From Christensenellaceae bacterium (lineage in GTDB: Bacteria > Bacillota > Clostridia > Christensenellales > DTU072), in NCBI GenBank assembly GCA_031278175.1, contig JAITLB010000021.1, positions 1-45,657 of the forward strand: a DNA stretch of 45,657 nt, written 5' to 3'. The position numbers and the translations under genes were made by a program. The notes beneath the pieces are model-generated. The model had not been told where the DNA came from. It saw nothing but the letters and a program-made list of their open reading frames with translations, and did not search any database. Below, in pieces: positions 1-8,692 of this stretch. The stretch's first letter is position 1. Each line of letters starts with the position of its first letter.

Positions 1-788
1 ACCGCAAACCATTAGCCGAAACGTGAGCGATACAGCAACAAGAAAATTTATACGAGCATCACATATCTTACAGTAAAACATTACTAACCGAATAATTTTG
101 CAATTTGCACAAATTCATCGAAAAACTGCTTATTAATTCACGTGGCATCTTTAACATCGCAGGCAAATGACTCTTAGTATACAAACCAATTTTCTTGTGC
201 TATTGAGTTTATCATAAAAACGAGGAAAAAGCAATTATTCATACTAGTTAGTGAATACTAAAATCATTATTCGATATTCCGTCCTTTGACATTCGACAGA
301 GTGGATCATATTCTATTAGATTCACATGAGTGCTAGAGTCAGTTGTATAACCGAATTGTTCAAATACTGAATGGCATTAAATCTCAATATCATATTAGAT
401 GCCCATTGATACTATGTCACCCAATTATAATTTGCGATGGTGATTATTAAAATGCCTGGTCAAGCTTGTATTGAAATTTGCGTCACATGAATTTGTAATT
501 GGACTTTGAACCATTTCACTATCAAAATTTAAGAAGTCCTACTTGCTAGACAATAACTATAAGTATATTCGGTGCAAAAAGCCAAAAAAATACGCGACAT
601 TGTTGTAAGCACACATAAGGAAAATTATATCTACAACAATGTCGCAATACTTGCGTTTTATGAGTTAGCACCTGCTAACTCGATAATTATATTATATTAC
701 CCTTACTTTAGTCAAATAAAATATCAAGGTTGTTTGAATATTTATTTGTGTTCTTAAAACCGCAAATTCTTTTTAATTAGACATTAAT

Positions 789-824
789 GCCGTTTTAATT
801 AATATTTCGATTATGAAATTCCTT
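789..824 (+). repeat. 36-bp direct repeat, left copy (right copy at 4756-4790), bounding a GC-rich island
   Basis: gccgttttaattaatatttcgattatgaaattcctt vs gctgttttatt-aatatttcgattatgaaattcctt. Same orientation, 2 differences. Base composition switches from AT-rich to ~50% GC immediately after the left copy. Confidence 0.6.
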
Positions 825-1181
825 TTGAAAGTATTCCAAATCAAAAGTCACCTCGACCCGCTAATCGCGGACGGCAGGTTAAAGCCGACCGACCCAGACA
901 ACCCGCAAAATTATTGGCAAAGGTTCGTGACTGCGGAATACAACCTGCTAACGCTCGGTGAGATTATACTCGACTCCTGCAAAGAGCCGCGCACCTGTTC
1001 GGAAATAGCCGAAAGGGCGGGAATAAACATAGACCACATGAAAGAATATATTCAGCCGCTTATCGATAGCGGCAAATTAAAAATGACAATCCCCGCTATA
1101 CCGACAAACACAAATCAGCGGTTTGTAACGGCGGGCAGCGAAGCCGTAATAATCTCGGAGGAAGTGTTGCTTGAATATTGA
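813..1181 (+). pseudogene. tandem winged-helix (RecG-C-terminal-like / HATPase_c_4-associated wHTH) module protein, part 1; terminated by an in-frame TGA
   Basis: Motif PLIxxGKLKxTIPxIPxxxxQRFVTA occurs twice in the 122 aa. It resembles the C-terminus of the 1839-3266 protein (EPLVSAGKLIMSIPSVP). The same frame continues after TGA at 1179-1181. Confidence 0.45.
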
Positions 1182-1208
1182 GGAACTCCCAAAAGCCGAA
1201 TAGAGATT

Positions 1209-1370
1209 ATGCGGCACTTCGGTTATAACTCGGTTGCGGGAATGAAAATTCTATTGGGACGGCTGATTAAGGAAAGCAAGCTCGCATACTCGAATCCCGA
1301 GATGCCGATGTGCAGGTGGCAGAAATATATAGTAGCATACTGCGCCAACCACGACAGCACGCATGATTAA
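1209..1370 (+). pseudogene. third wHTH-like repeat unit (53 aa), in the same frame as 813-1181 downstream of the in-frame TGA
   Basis: Own translation: MRHFGYNSVAGMKILLGRLIKESKLAYSNPEMPMCRWQKYIVAY... This matches the xLIxxGKLxxxxPxxP pattern. It is below the ORF-track size cutoff. Confidence 0.3.
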
Positions 1371-1838
1371 GTCGGGGCTAATAACGGGCAGAAAGAGCGA
1401 TGGCACGGCGGAAATTATTTATTCGGTTACGAACACGAAAGAACGGTAAAACACGACCGTGAGGCGAATATTGGCGCGTGATAAGCGCATAGAAGCGGTG
1501 GGCGTAGGTCGCTTATTTGTATGTTCGCACCCAAACGGAATCGTTTTGGCACTTGTGCGATTTTGGTGGGTAGGCAGAACTGCGTTACGGCGCAATAGCG
1601 TGCCGTAACGGTATCGTGTGCGGTTTTAACGGCAGGATTTGAAAAAGATACGACAAACACGAAACGCGCCCATGGGAAGACCTACAACGTTTCCAAAGAA
1701 AAGGCAACAAACCCAAATTCGACACCAAATTTTGTTTTCTTGCAAAATATTTTGCTTTACTAATCGTTAGCTTTGCTTTTTTGTTTGCTGTTTTGTTTCG
1801 TTTGTGGTAAAATAATTAAGCGTCAGGAGGCGATAATT

Positions 1839-3266
1839 ATGCTTGAATATGAAATTTTAGAAGTCATAAAAAAAGTGCAGGCGGTGAAATCGGAATCCCA
1901 AACGATAGAGGTCAAAGCCGCGCACGAGGGTGCGCCCGAAAAGCTGTACGATACTTTATCGAGCTTTTCTAACCAAGACGATGGCGGTATTATACTTTTC
2001 GGTTTAGACGAGAGAAAAAGCTTCGAGATTGTCGGAGTAGCGGACTCAGCGGAACTTATAAAATCAATCGAGGAACAATGTTCCCAAATGTCGCCGATAG
2101 TCAGACCGTTGATAACTACCGTCAGCCTGAACGGAAATACAGTAGTCGCGGCGGAAATACCGAGCGTGGATATTGTCGAATGCCCCGTGTTCTATAAGGG
2201 TAAGGGCAGAATTAAAGGCTCGTATGTCCGAGTCGGGCAGGCGGATATGCCGATGACTGAGTATGAGGTTTTCAGTTATGACGCATACCGTAAGCATGAG
2301 CCAGACGACATTCGGACAATATCAGGCAAGAGCATAAACGATTTAGACCCCGCTAAGACGGCGGCTTTGCTAGAAAAGGCAAGGATCAAAAAGCCAAGAC
2401 TTGCATCGCTACCCGATGACGAGGTTTTAGAGTTAATCGGCATAACAAATAAGGGTGAGTTGACGCTTACGGGACTTTTAATGTTTGGTAAATATCCGCA
2501 ACGCGAATTCCCGCAATTTTCTATTACAGCGGTTGTCGTGCCTGGGATGGAATACGGCGAAACGGCGAGCGATGGTGCGCGGTTTACGGCGAATAAGCGC
2601 ATGGACGGCACGGTTGACGAAATGCTCATGGATGCGATAACTTTCATTTCGCATAATATGCGGGTTAAAACGATTATTGACAACGGCAAGCGTAAGGATA
2701 TAGGAGAATACCCGATAAACTCTGTAAGAGAGGCGGTTTTGAACGCGCTAATGCATAGGGATTACAGTTTTCATGCGGAGGGCGCACCGATACAAATCCG
2801 TATGTTTTACGACCGCTTAGAGATAATCAGTCCCGGTGGATTGTACGGCAGACTTACGATAAGCGACCTTGGCAAGGTTAAAGCCGACACGCGGAACAAA
2901 ACGCTGGCACGGGTTTTGGAGGATGTCGGTTTATCGGAAAACCGTTACAGCGGAATTCCAACGATACGGCGGGAGTTTTCCGAGTACGGACTTCCCTCGC
3001 CACTGTTTGAAACGGTGCGCGGCGATTTTCTCCTAACCTTTTATAACGAGCAAAGCAAGGTGAACGAAGGCAAGTCAATCAATGAACGCATAATGGGATA
3101 TTGCGAAATACCGCGTAGCCGAGGCGAAATAGCGAAGTTTATCGGCAGGACGCAATACTATGCGGTCAAAACCTATATCGAGCCGCTTGTAAGCGCGGGG
3201 AAACTCATAATGTCTATACCGAGCGTCCCCGCAAGCCCGAAACAAACGTACAAAGCGGTGCAGTAA
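1839..3266 (+). CDS. Schlafen-like ATPase: AlbA_2 (divergent AAA) N-domain + HATPase_c_4 + C-terminal wHTH (often mis-annotated RecG-like / transcriptional regulator)
   Basis: N-terminus IEVKAAHEGAPEKLYDTLSSFSNQDDGGIILFGLDE fits the AlbA_2 hallmark. NSVREAVLNALMHRDYS...IISPGGL fits HATPase_c_4. C-terminus is a wHTH. AGGAGG RBS 8 nt before ATG at 1839. GC ~50%, foreign to the host. Confidence 0.7.
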   Translation: MLEYEILEVIKKVQAVKSESQTIEVKAAHEGAPEKLYDTLSSFSNQDDGGIILFGLDERKSFEIVGVADSAELIKSIEEQCSQMSPIVRPLITTVSLNGNTVVAAEIPSVDIVECPVFYKGKGRIKGSYVRVGQADMPMTEYEVFSYDAYRKHEPDDIRTISGKSINDLDPAKTAALLEKARIKKPRLASLPDDEVLELIGITNKGELTLTGLLMFGKYPQREFPQFSITAVVVPGMEYGETASDGARFTANKRMDGTVDEMLMDAITFISHNMRVKTIIDNGKRKDIGEYPINSVREAVLNALMHRDYSFHAEGAPIQIRMFYDRLEIISPGGLYGRLTISDLGKVKADTRNKTLARVLEDVGLSENRYSGIPTIRREFSEYGLPSPLFETVRGDFLLTFYNEQSKVNEGKSINERIMGYCEIPRSRGEIAKFIGRTQYYAVKTYIEPLVSAGKLIMSIPSVPASPKQTYKAVQ

Positions 3267-3318
3267 TCGAAAAGGCATTTATGCTGTTAAAAGCGGGATC
3301 GAATCAGATAAGCGAAAT

Positions 3319-3585
3319 ATGCGGCGTCGGATTAGATGCTATGCGCTTTTGACGCGCATTTTCACGCATTCGTCATACGGAAACCAATACGGCATTCCGC
3401 ATAACGAAACGTTGGCGATGCTTGGCGATGCCGCGTTAAAACTTGCTTTTTCGCGAATTCTGTTCGATTTACACACGAACATTTCCAAAGGTGTTTTGAC
3501 TGAATGTAAGAAAATTTTAGAGGTCGACGAGATTTTTGCGAATCTTGAAATCGTTGAACGGCTTTTCCCGTATTTGAAAAGATAG
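3319..3585 (+). pseudogene. RNase III-like N-terminal fragment (signature THSSY...HNExLxxLGDAxLxL), truncated after ~88 aa
   Basis: IFTHSSYGNQYGIPHNETLAMLGDAALKLAFSRILFDLHTNISKGVLTECKKIL parallels the rnc N-terminus [42 protein letters not shown]. Too short for a full RNase III (~230 aa). Confidence 0.4.
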
Positions 3586-3609
3586 CTGACAAAAGTAGTT
3601 CTTAGAAAT

Positions 3610-3888
3610 TTGAATTACGGCAAAGAAATGGCAAACGACATAGATAATGTCGTAAAAAGTGTCGTAGATAATGTCGCAGAAAAAACAACGGTAAGACTGA
3701 CAAAGAAAGAGAAAGATTTACTGGAACTGATTAAAGTTGACAGTGGCTTAACAATAGCAGAAATGGCGGCAAGGGTAAATATTGATAGCCGAGCGATCCA
3801 ACGCGGATTAAGAAAACTAAGAGAAAATAAAATTGTTGAACGTATCGGTTCCGATAGGGCGGGTTCATGGGCTGTTAAAAAACAATAG
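3610..3888 (+). CDS. stand-alone winged-helix DNA-binding protein of the RecG-C-terminal-like family
   Basis: LTKKEKDLLELIKVDSGLTIAEMAARVNIDSRAIQRGLRKLRENKIVERIGSDRAGSWAV matches the classic wHTH layout seen at the C-termini of AlbA_2/HATPase_c_4 and Fic proteins. Confidence 0.45.
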   Translation: MNYGKEMANDIDNVVKSVVDNVAEKTTVRLTKKEKDLLELIKVDSGLTIAEMAARVNIDSRAIQRGLRKLRENKIVERIGSDRAGSWAVKKQ

Positions 3889-3952
3889 CCAAGAAAAACG
3901 AGGAGGAAAAGGGAGGAATATAGGATATGTATGAAACTGGCGGTTTCATATC

Positions 3953-3980
3953 AAAGTGAAGTCGCCTTTTTCACTTTTTT
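3953..3980 (+). terminator. hairpin AAAGTGAA-N9-TTCACTTT followed by a T-run
   Basis: 8-bp stem plus TTTTTT, downstream of the wHTH gene. The stem is AT-rich, so it is weak. Confidence 0.35.
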
Positions 3981-4383
3981 ACAGTTGCGCTTGGACGCGT
4001 TTGCGTGTTTTACTATACAAAACAGTGTAAAAACCTAAATTCCCAGAAACTATGCATACTCAAGACAAATATTCAAGTTTTCATGTGTTTTTATAGCGAT
4101 CTTTTATGATTGGAATTTCTAGTGCTTTCAAATAAAAATTTTGTTTTTTTGATGCGTTCATATATTTATTTTTCCCTTTTTGACTAGTTTTGCCTTTTAT
4201 CATAGCAATTAGATTGAGTACATTTGTCAATGTATCTTTCTTCGATAAATTTGCTTTCACTAACCGATTTCTTAATTCTGTTCGCAGAATAAGTGCTATG
4301 ACCTGTACGACAAAAGCATAATTTCTTATGTCGTTAGTAATCACAATGATAGTAACCTGGTCTTTGTTAACTATGATTCCGCC

Positions 4384-4750
4384 TTGTCTGCAAACCCCAA
4401 TTCAAACCCTCTGATCCGTACCGATCGTGGGTTCCTGTATACTAGCAAAAAATTCTGGGCTAAACTTGTTAATCAAGGAATAGTTCATAGCATGCCTAGA
4501 GTCGGTCGTTGTATTGACAACGGTCCTATGGAAGGCTTCTTCGGTATATTGAAAACTGAGATGTTCTACCTTAATCCCTTCCACAGCGAACAGGAACAGA
4601 GAGATGCTATTGATAAATATATCGATTTTTATAATAATGGTAGATCCCAAGAAAATTTAAATGGAATGACACCAATTCAATTTAGAAATCAACCACTCGC
4701 TGCTTAATCCTTTATTTTTTCTTGTGTCTACTTAACTGGGGGCAGTTCAA
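4384..4750 (+). mobile_element. IS3-family transposase OrfB C-terminal remnant (rve integrase core tail) with its right terminal inverted repeat
   Basis: TDRGFLYTSKKFWAKLVNQGIVHSMPRVGRCIDNGPMEGFFG...NGMTPIQFR is typical of IS3 OrfB C-termini. There is no OrfA and no N-terminal OrfB. The terminal ...tgtgtctacttaactgggggcagttca is shared with the copy at 42810-42843. Confidence 0.75.
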
Positions 4751-4755
4751 GTTAT

Positions 4756-4790
4756 GCTGTTTTATTAATATTTCGATTATGAAATTCCTT
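4756..4790 (+). repeat. 36-bp direct repeat, right copy; includes a truncated duplicate of the ATG and first 4 codons of the 813 ORF
   Basis: See 789-824. It starts 6 bp after the IS3 remnant end. AT-rich native sequence resumes after it. Confidence 0.6.
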
Positions 4791-4846
4791 AATATGGATT
4801 TCTATATAAATTTATTTACTTAACACACTCGAATAATAAGAATAAT

Positions 4847-4875
4847 TTGCAATTTGCAAGTAGTTTGTGTATAAT
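4847..4875 (+). promoter_or_regulatory. sigma-A-type promoter: TTGCAA -35, 17-nt spacer, TATAAT -10
   Basis: ttgcaatttgcaagtagtttgtgtataat. It sits upstream of ATG 4883, and it makes the 4847 ORF start implausible. Confidence 0.4.
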
Positions 4876-4882
4876 ATCTAGC

Positions 4883-5881
4883 ATGCATGCGTCTGCTTTG
4901 AATTTAAATATTTTGACCGACACTTCAACAAGAGTGTTTTCAATTGAAGGTGAAGATCCCTATTGGCGAGACTTTGCGCTAAAGTTCTTTACCAATTTAG
5001 TGCCTAAGCAAAATCGTGCATTTAATTTAAATGTCGTAGACACACCTGTTAACAGTGATGCAATTGAGTCAGTTGTAATGTCAATTTCTTTTTTTCCTGG
5101 GCCACACGTTGTAGTTGTTAAAAATGCTACGATTGGCGATGAGAAAGGAAAAAAGACTACAAGGTCTAAAAAGGAAATAATCGAGTCGCAAAAACTCAAT
5201 ACTATAATCGATGCTGTAGGTAATAAAATTCTAGTATTCTATAACTCGACAGGGTTTTCAGTATCCAACAAGAAGAAACTTGTCACCATAGATGCACAGA
5301 TGTCCAGTGATCATGAATTAACAAAAATTATACGAGATCACTTTTCTAGGGCTGGAGGCATTGAGCCTAACGCAATTAGTTTGCTAATCAAGTACACTAA
5401 TCGAAACATGTTAAGGATTTCTAATGAGGTCGCCAAACTTGAAAGCTATTGTGGCAGAAACAAGATCACAACCGCCGATGTCCTGCTACTAGTGTCGGAT
5501 AGCGAGGAAAGCAAACTATACGAATTCACAGAAGCACTTACCACTCAAAACAAACTACGAACGCTGTCACTTCTAGATAAGTTCATTGCTTCTGGCACAG
5601 CTTACACTGTTATATTGTATGTCTTAACAAACTACTATAGACAAATGTTACATGTGAGTTTATCTAAATTTACCAATGACGAATTTGCTAAACTAATAAA
5701 TGTCAAGCCATTTATTATCGAGAAAGCGCGAAGTGCAGCAAGAACTTACGATGAACACACACTCAGAAAGTGTCTATCGTTGCTTATTGATGCAGAAGTT
5801 AACATTAAAAGTGGCATTATGTCTGATTCCACTGCTGTTAGAAGTGCAGTAATCTCACTTCTAGGAGTAACAAGACAATGA
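4883..5881 (+). CDS. holA: DNA polymerase III delta subunit (HolA); start codon uncertain
   Basis: VFSIEGEDPYW..FNLNVVDT..SFFPGPHVVVV parallels B. subtilis HolA PVYLLYGTEEYL..FNVSTYDL..FPFFGERKLII. Size ~335 aa. Confidence 0.6.
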   Translation: MHASALNLNILTDTSTRVFSIEGEDPYWRDFALKFFTNLVPKQNRAFNLNVVDTPVNSDAIESVVMSISFFPGPHVVVVKNATIGDEKGKKTTRSKKEIIESQKLNTIIDAVGNKILVFYNSTGFSVSNKKKLVTIDAQMSSDHELTKIIRDHFSRAGGIEPNAISLLIKYTNRNMLRISNEVAKLESYCGRNKITTADVLLLVSDSEESKLYEFTEALTTQNKLRTLSLLDKFIASGTAYTVILYVLTNYYRQMLHVSLSKFTNDEFAKLINVKPFIIEKARSAARTYDEHTLRKCLSLLIDAEVNIKSGIMSDSTAVRSAVISLLGVTRQ

Positions 5882-5914
5882 AATTATCAATCTTATCAAA
5901 TGGAGGAACAAATC

Positions 5915-6745
5915 ATGAATATGTTCAAATGGGCAAATATATATAAAAATTTTTTGCGCATCCCTTCAGGGATACAAACTTTAGCACTTTTAGTGTCACA
6001 TATAGCATTTTCATTTTATACTATTTATAGCACATATGAGGCAACTTGCCGAGCTATGATTGAAACTATAGAATCTGATGCAAATTCAAGTCTTTGGACA
6101 CCTAATATGATAGTAATATTTGAAAACCCGATAACTTTTATAGCCGTGTTGTTGCTTTCATCACTAGTTTCTATAGCATTCATCAAATTGGGAATTCTCA
6201 TAATAAAAAACTATATGCTCAAACACAGTTATTTGTTATGTCCCGAGAAGTATGTGAAAACTGTATTTAATACTAATTTAACAGTTTTATTTCTAGCTCT
6301 ATCTGTTTTTAGCAATATCCAATTCTTATTCAGTGAAATGGGATATCTTACAGGATCGCTGACAATCTTAATTTATGTATGCTCTTTTATGTGGTCATAT
6401 ATGATACTGCAAGTTGATGCAATTCGACCAATCTCGATTGCGGATGCGTTTAGTAAGATTCTTGTAGTCATCTATGTTATATTAGGCATACTAGTTCTTG
6501 CCAATCTGAACAGTTGTCTGAAAAATATAAAGGATAATTCCATTTCAGATCAAGAAAAACCTTTTGCCCTAGCAGACGCAATTATTGAAATAGCTATCGT
6601 GGCCGCTGGCTTTCTTGTTTCCACCTTTGTAATATTAAAACGTTTAAAGGAAAAAGCTAGTAGGGTTGTTGTAACTGAAGCTCCAATAGATTTTAATCGT
6701 CCTCCGACTCCACCACCAGATATTTATGACGGTTTTGGTTTTTAA
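5915..6745 (+). CDS. hypothetical polytopic membrane protein with a Pro-rich C-terminus
   Basis: Multiple hydrophobic helices. C-terminus ends in PPTPPPDIYDGFGF. GGAGG lies 8 nt before ATG 5915. Confidence 0.35.
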   Translation: MNMFKWANIYKNFLRIPSGIQTLALLVSHIAFSFYTIYSTYEATCRAMIETIESDANSSLWTPNMIVIFENPITFIAVLLLSSLVSIAFIKLGILIIKNYMLKHSYLLCPEKYVKTVFNTNLTVLFLALSVFSNIQFLFSEMGYLTGSLTILIYVCSFMWSYMILQVDAIRPISIADAFSKILVVIYVILGILVLANLNSCLKNIKDNSISDQEKPFALADAIIEIAIVAAGFLVSTFVILKRLKEKASRVVVTEAPIDFNRPPTPPPDIYDGFGF

Positions 6746-6825
6746 AAATCTGCTCAATTAATTACCTGTGAGCACGCATAACTTTAATACAATTGTTGCG
6801 CTATAACAAGGTAGAATCCCACCAT

Positions 6826-6858
6826 CCATCGCCGTTTTGCGATAATAAACGGCGATGG
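6826..6858. other. GC-rich 11-bp-stem hairpin inside a 764-bp ORF-free gap
   Basis: ccatcgccgtt-N11-aacggcgatgg. There is no adjacent T-run on either strand. Confidence 0.3.
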
Positions 6859-7509
6859 GATGTATAAAATTGCATCGCTCTCAACGTTTTGAATGCCTTT
6901 ATGACTGGTAAACGATTGTTTTATAGCATTCAGCAATGTCTATGTCGTTTAAATAGTAGTATGCTCTGCTGTAAGGGATACTTTCCAAATCCGATGATAT
7001 GGCATCTTCAGCTGGAATTTTCGCAATGAAACCTAGCAATGTTTGGTTTAACATCAATAAACATCGAGAAACAGTGTTAAGATTTTTATCTTGACCACAC
7101 TTTCAGATTCAAACTACTCCACAAAGCTGAATATAGTAAATTATAAAATGCTTTTTTGTTTTACCTGATGCTCAGTCTTTCATTTCGTGCTGTACTAGAA
7201 AAATCTCGAGAGCCACCCTTATCGAGCACAAAAAACAACAATCGTAAAACTAAAGAAAAGAAGTACTAGTCACCAAATAATTTATCAATTATGATGGCTC
7301 ATAATTGTCGCATGTATAGCACCGTTTAACTATAAAGAATTAGCGAGAATTGACCTGTGATTGTTTAACTAAGAGTTCTCCGCGATCCCAAAATGTAGAA
7401 CCAATTTCAAAATCTCTTCGGATATCGTCTAGTCCAAACTGAAAATTAATTTGCACTTTTGCAGTTTGCTCTAAAACGCTTAACTTGCATATAATCATTT
7501 TAATCTTTA

Positions 7510-8286
7510 TTATACAGCAACTACAATAGCTGGTCGTAGTCGCGAGAGTGCGCTTTTTTCTAATCTGCTGACTTGTGCTTGAGACATAGCAAGTGTTTCG
7601 GCTATTTCAGCTTGTGTGAGACCTCTATAATATCTAAATATAATTACTACCCGCTCTTTATCTGGCAAATCATTTATGCCCTCATGTAGCGCTAACAAAT
7701 CTCCACAGTCGACATGTTCTTTACAATCACTTATTTGATCAATAATCATCGTCCCTTCTTCAGTATCCGAAAATGCAGTCTCATAAATCGAAACGGGTTC
7801 TGCTATAGCATCTAGTGCAAATACTACTTCCGAGTACGGCACCTTAATCTCATCAGCTATTTCATCTAACTCTGCTTCTCGGATTTCAGCTCTTTCTAAT
7901 TTGTCGCGAGCAATCATTGCTTTATATGCTATATCCCGCAAATTCCGTCCTACTTTCATTGCAGTGCTTTCTCTAATAAATCGACGTATTTCGCCTAATA
8001 CCATCGGTACTGCGTATGTTGAAAATCTCACATTGAGTGATACGTCAAAATTGTCTGTTGCTTTTATCAATCCGATCATCCCAATCTGAAATAGATCATC
8101 AGGGTTCTCCTTAGTGTTTATAAACCTTTGTACCATACTTAAAACAAGTCGCGCATTTGCCATTAAAAATGTTTCTCTCAAATTAACTTCGCCATTCTTT
8201 ATCCGTAGTAACATTTCCTGTGATTCGCGCCCATTTAGCTTGGGTAATTCGTTCGTATTAATACCTGTTATTTTAACTCTATTCAT
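7510..8286 (-). CDS. sigG: sporulation sigma factor SigG (forespore late sigma)
   Basis: MNRVKITGINTNELPKL..LNVRFSTYAVPMVLGEIRRFIRE parallels B. subtilis SigG MSRNKVEICGVDTSKLPVL..YDVKFSTYAVPMIIGEIQRFLRD. AAGGAGGGAGT RBS. Confidence 0.8.
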   Translation of the reverse strand: MNRVKITGINTNELPKLNGRESQEMLLRIKNGEVNLRETFLMANARLVLSMVQRFINTKENPDDLFQIGMIGLIKATDNFDVSLNVRFSTYAVPMVLGEIRRFIRESTAMKVGRNLRDIAYKAMIARDKLERAEIREAELDEIADEIKVPYSEVVFALDAIAEPVSIYETAFSDTEEGTMIIDQISDCKEHVDCGDLLALHEGINDLPDKERVVIIFRYYRGLTQAEIAETLAMSQAQVSRLEKSALSRLRPAIVVAV

Positions 8287-8307
8287 ACTCCCTCCTTATA
8301 TCAAGAA

Positions 8308-8336
8308 TAGTATTGTCTAAATTGCGTTAAATATGC
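8308..8336 (-). promoter_or_regulatory. possible forespore-type (sigF/sigG) promoter GCATA-N16-CAATACTA upstream of sigG
   Basis: Read on the minus strand: gcatatttaacgcaatttagacaatacta, about 20 nt before the RBS. Loose match to GHATR-N17/18-CATxxTA. Confidence 0.2.
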
Positions 8337-8692
8337 AACGATAGTTAGATATTAATTTATGGAAAGCGAATATGTTCACCCCTTTATGATGCCTTTAGAG
8401 TAGCAGATCAACTTCAAATTTGACATTTTAAACTGGAATTTGTTTTGTCTTTCAACAATTTTAAAATCTATTAAAATCCGCCTTAGGCTAACCCTGCATG
8501 GTACAGCCGCAAAGCCAAAACATTCGCATTTCCTTTAGAAATACAAGGCAAAGCTCGCATTTTGGGATAGTCTATTGTGCGTTTGCACTATATTGCTAAA
8601 TTTATATGCTAATTTGCTTGCAGTTTTTCAAATATTTATATAAAATATCACTCATCCATAAAGAACAAATTAACAATTTGATAGGAGGCTAT

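Noticed and set aside
93-111. 20-bp aataatt(t)tgcaatttgca shared between 93-111 and 4841-4859
   Set aside because: It is not collinear with the 36-bp direct repeats. In the second locus it is simply the TTGCAA -35 region of the holA promoter. It is likely coincidental AT-rich promoter-like sequence.
1179-1181. In-frame TGA within the tandem-wHTH frame could indicate TGA recoding (genetic code 4/25)
   Set aside because: All housekeeping genes in the window (recG, serS, lysC, argD and others) are long intact ORFs under the standard code. A nonsense mutation in a decaying foreign gene is far more likely.
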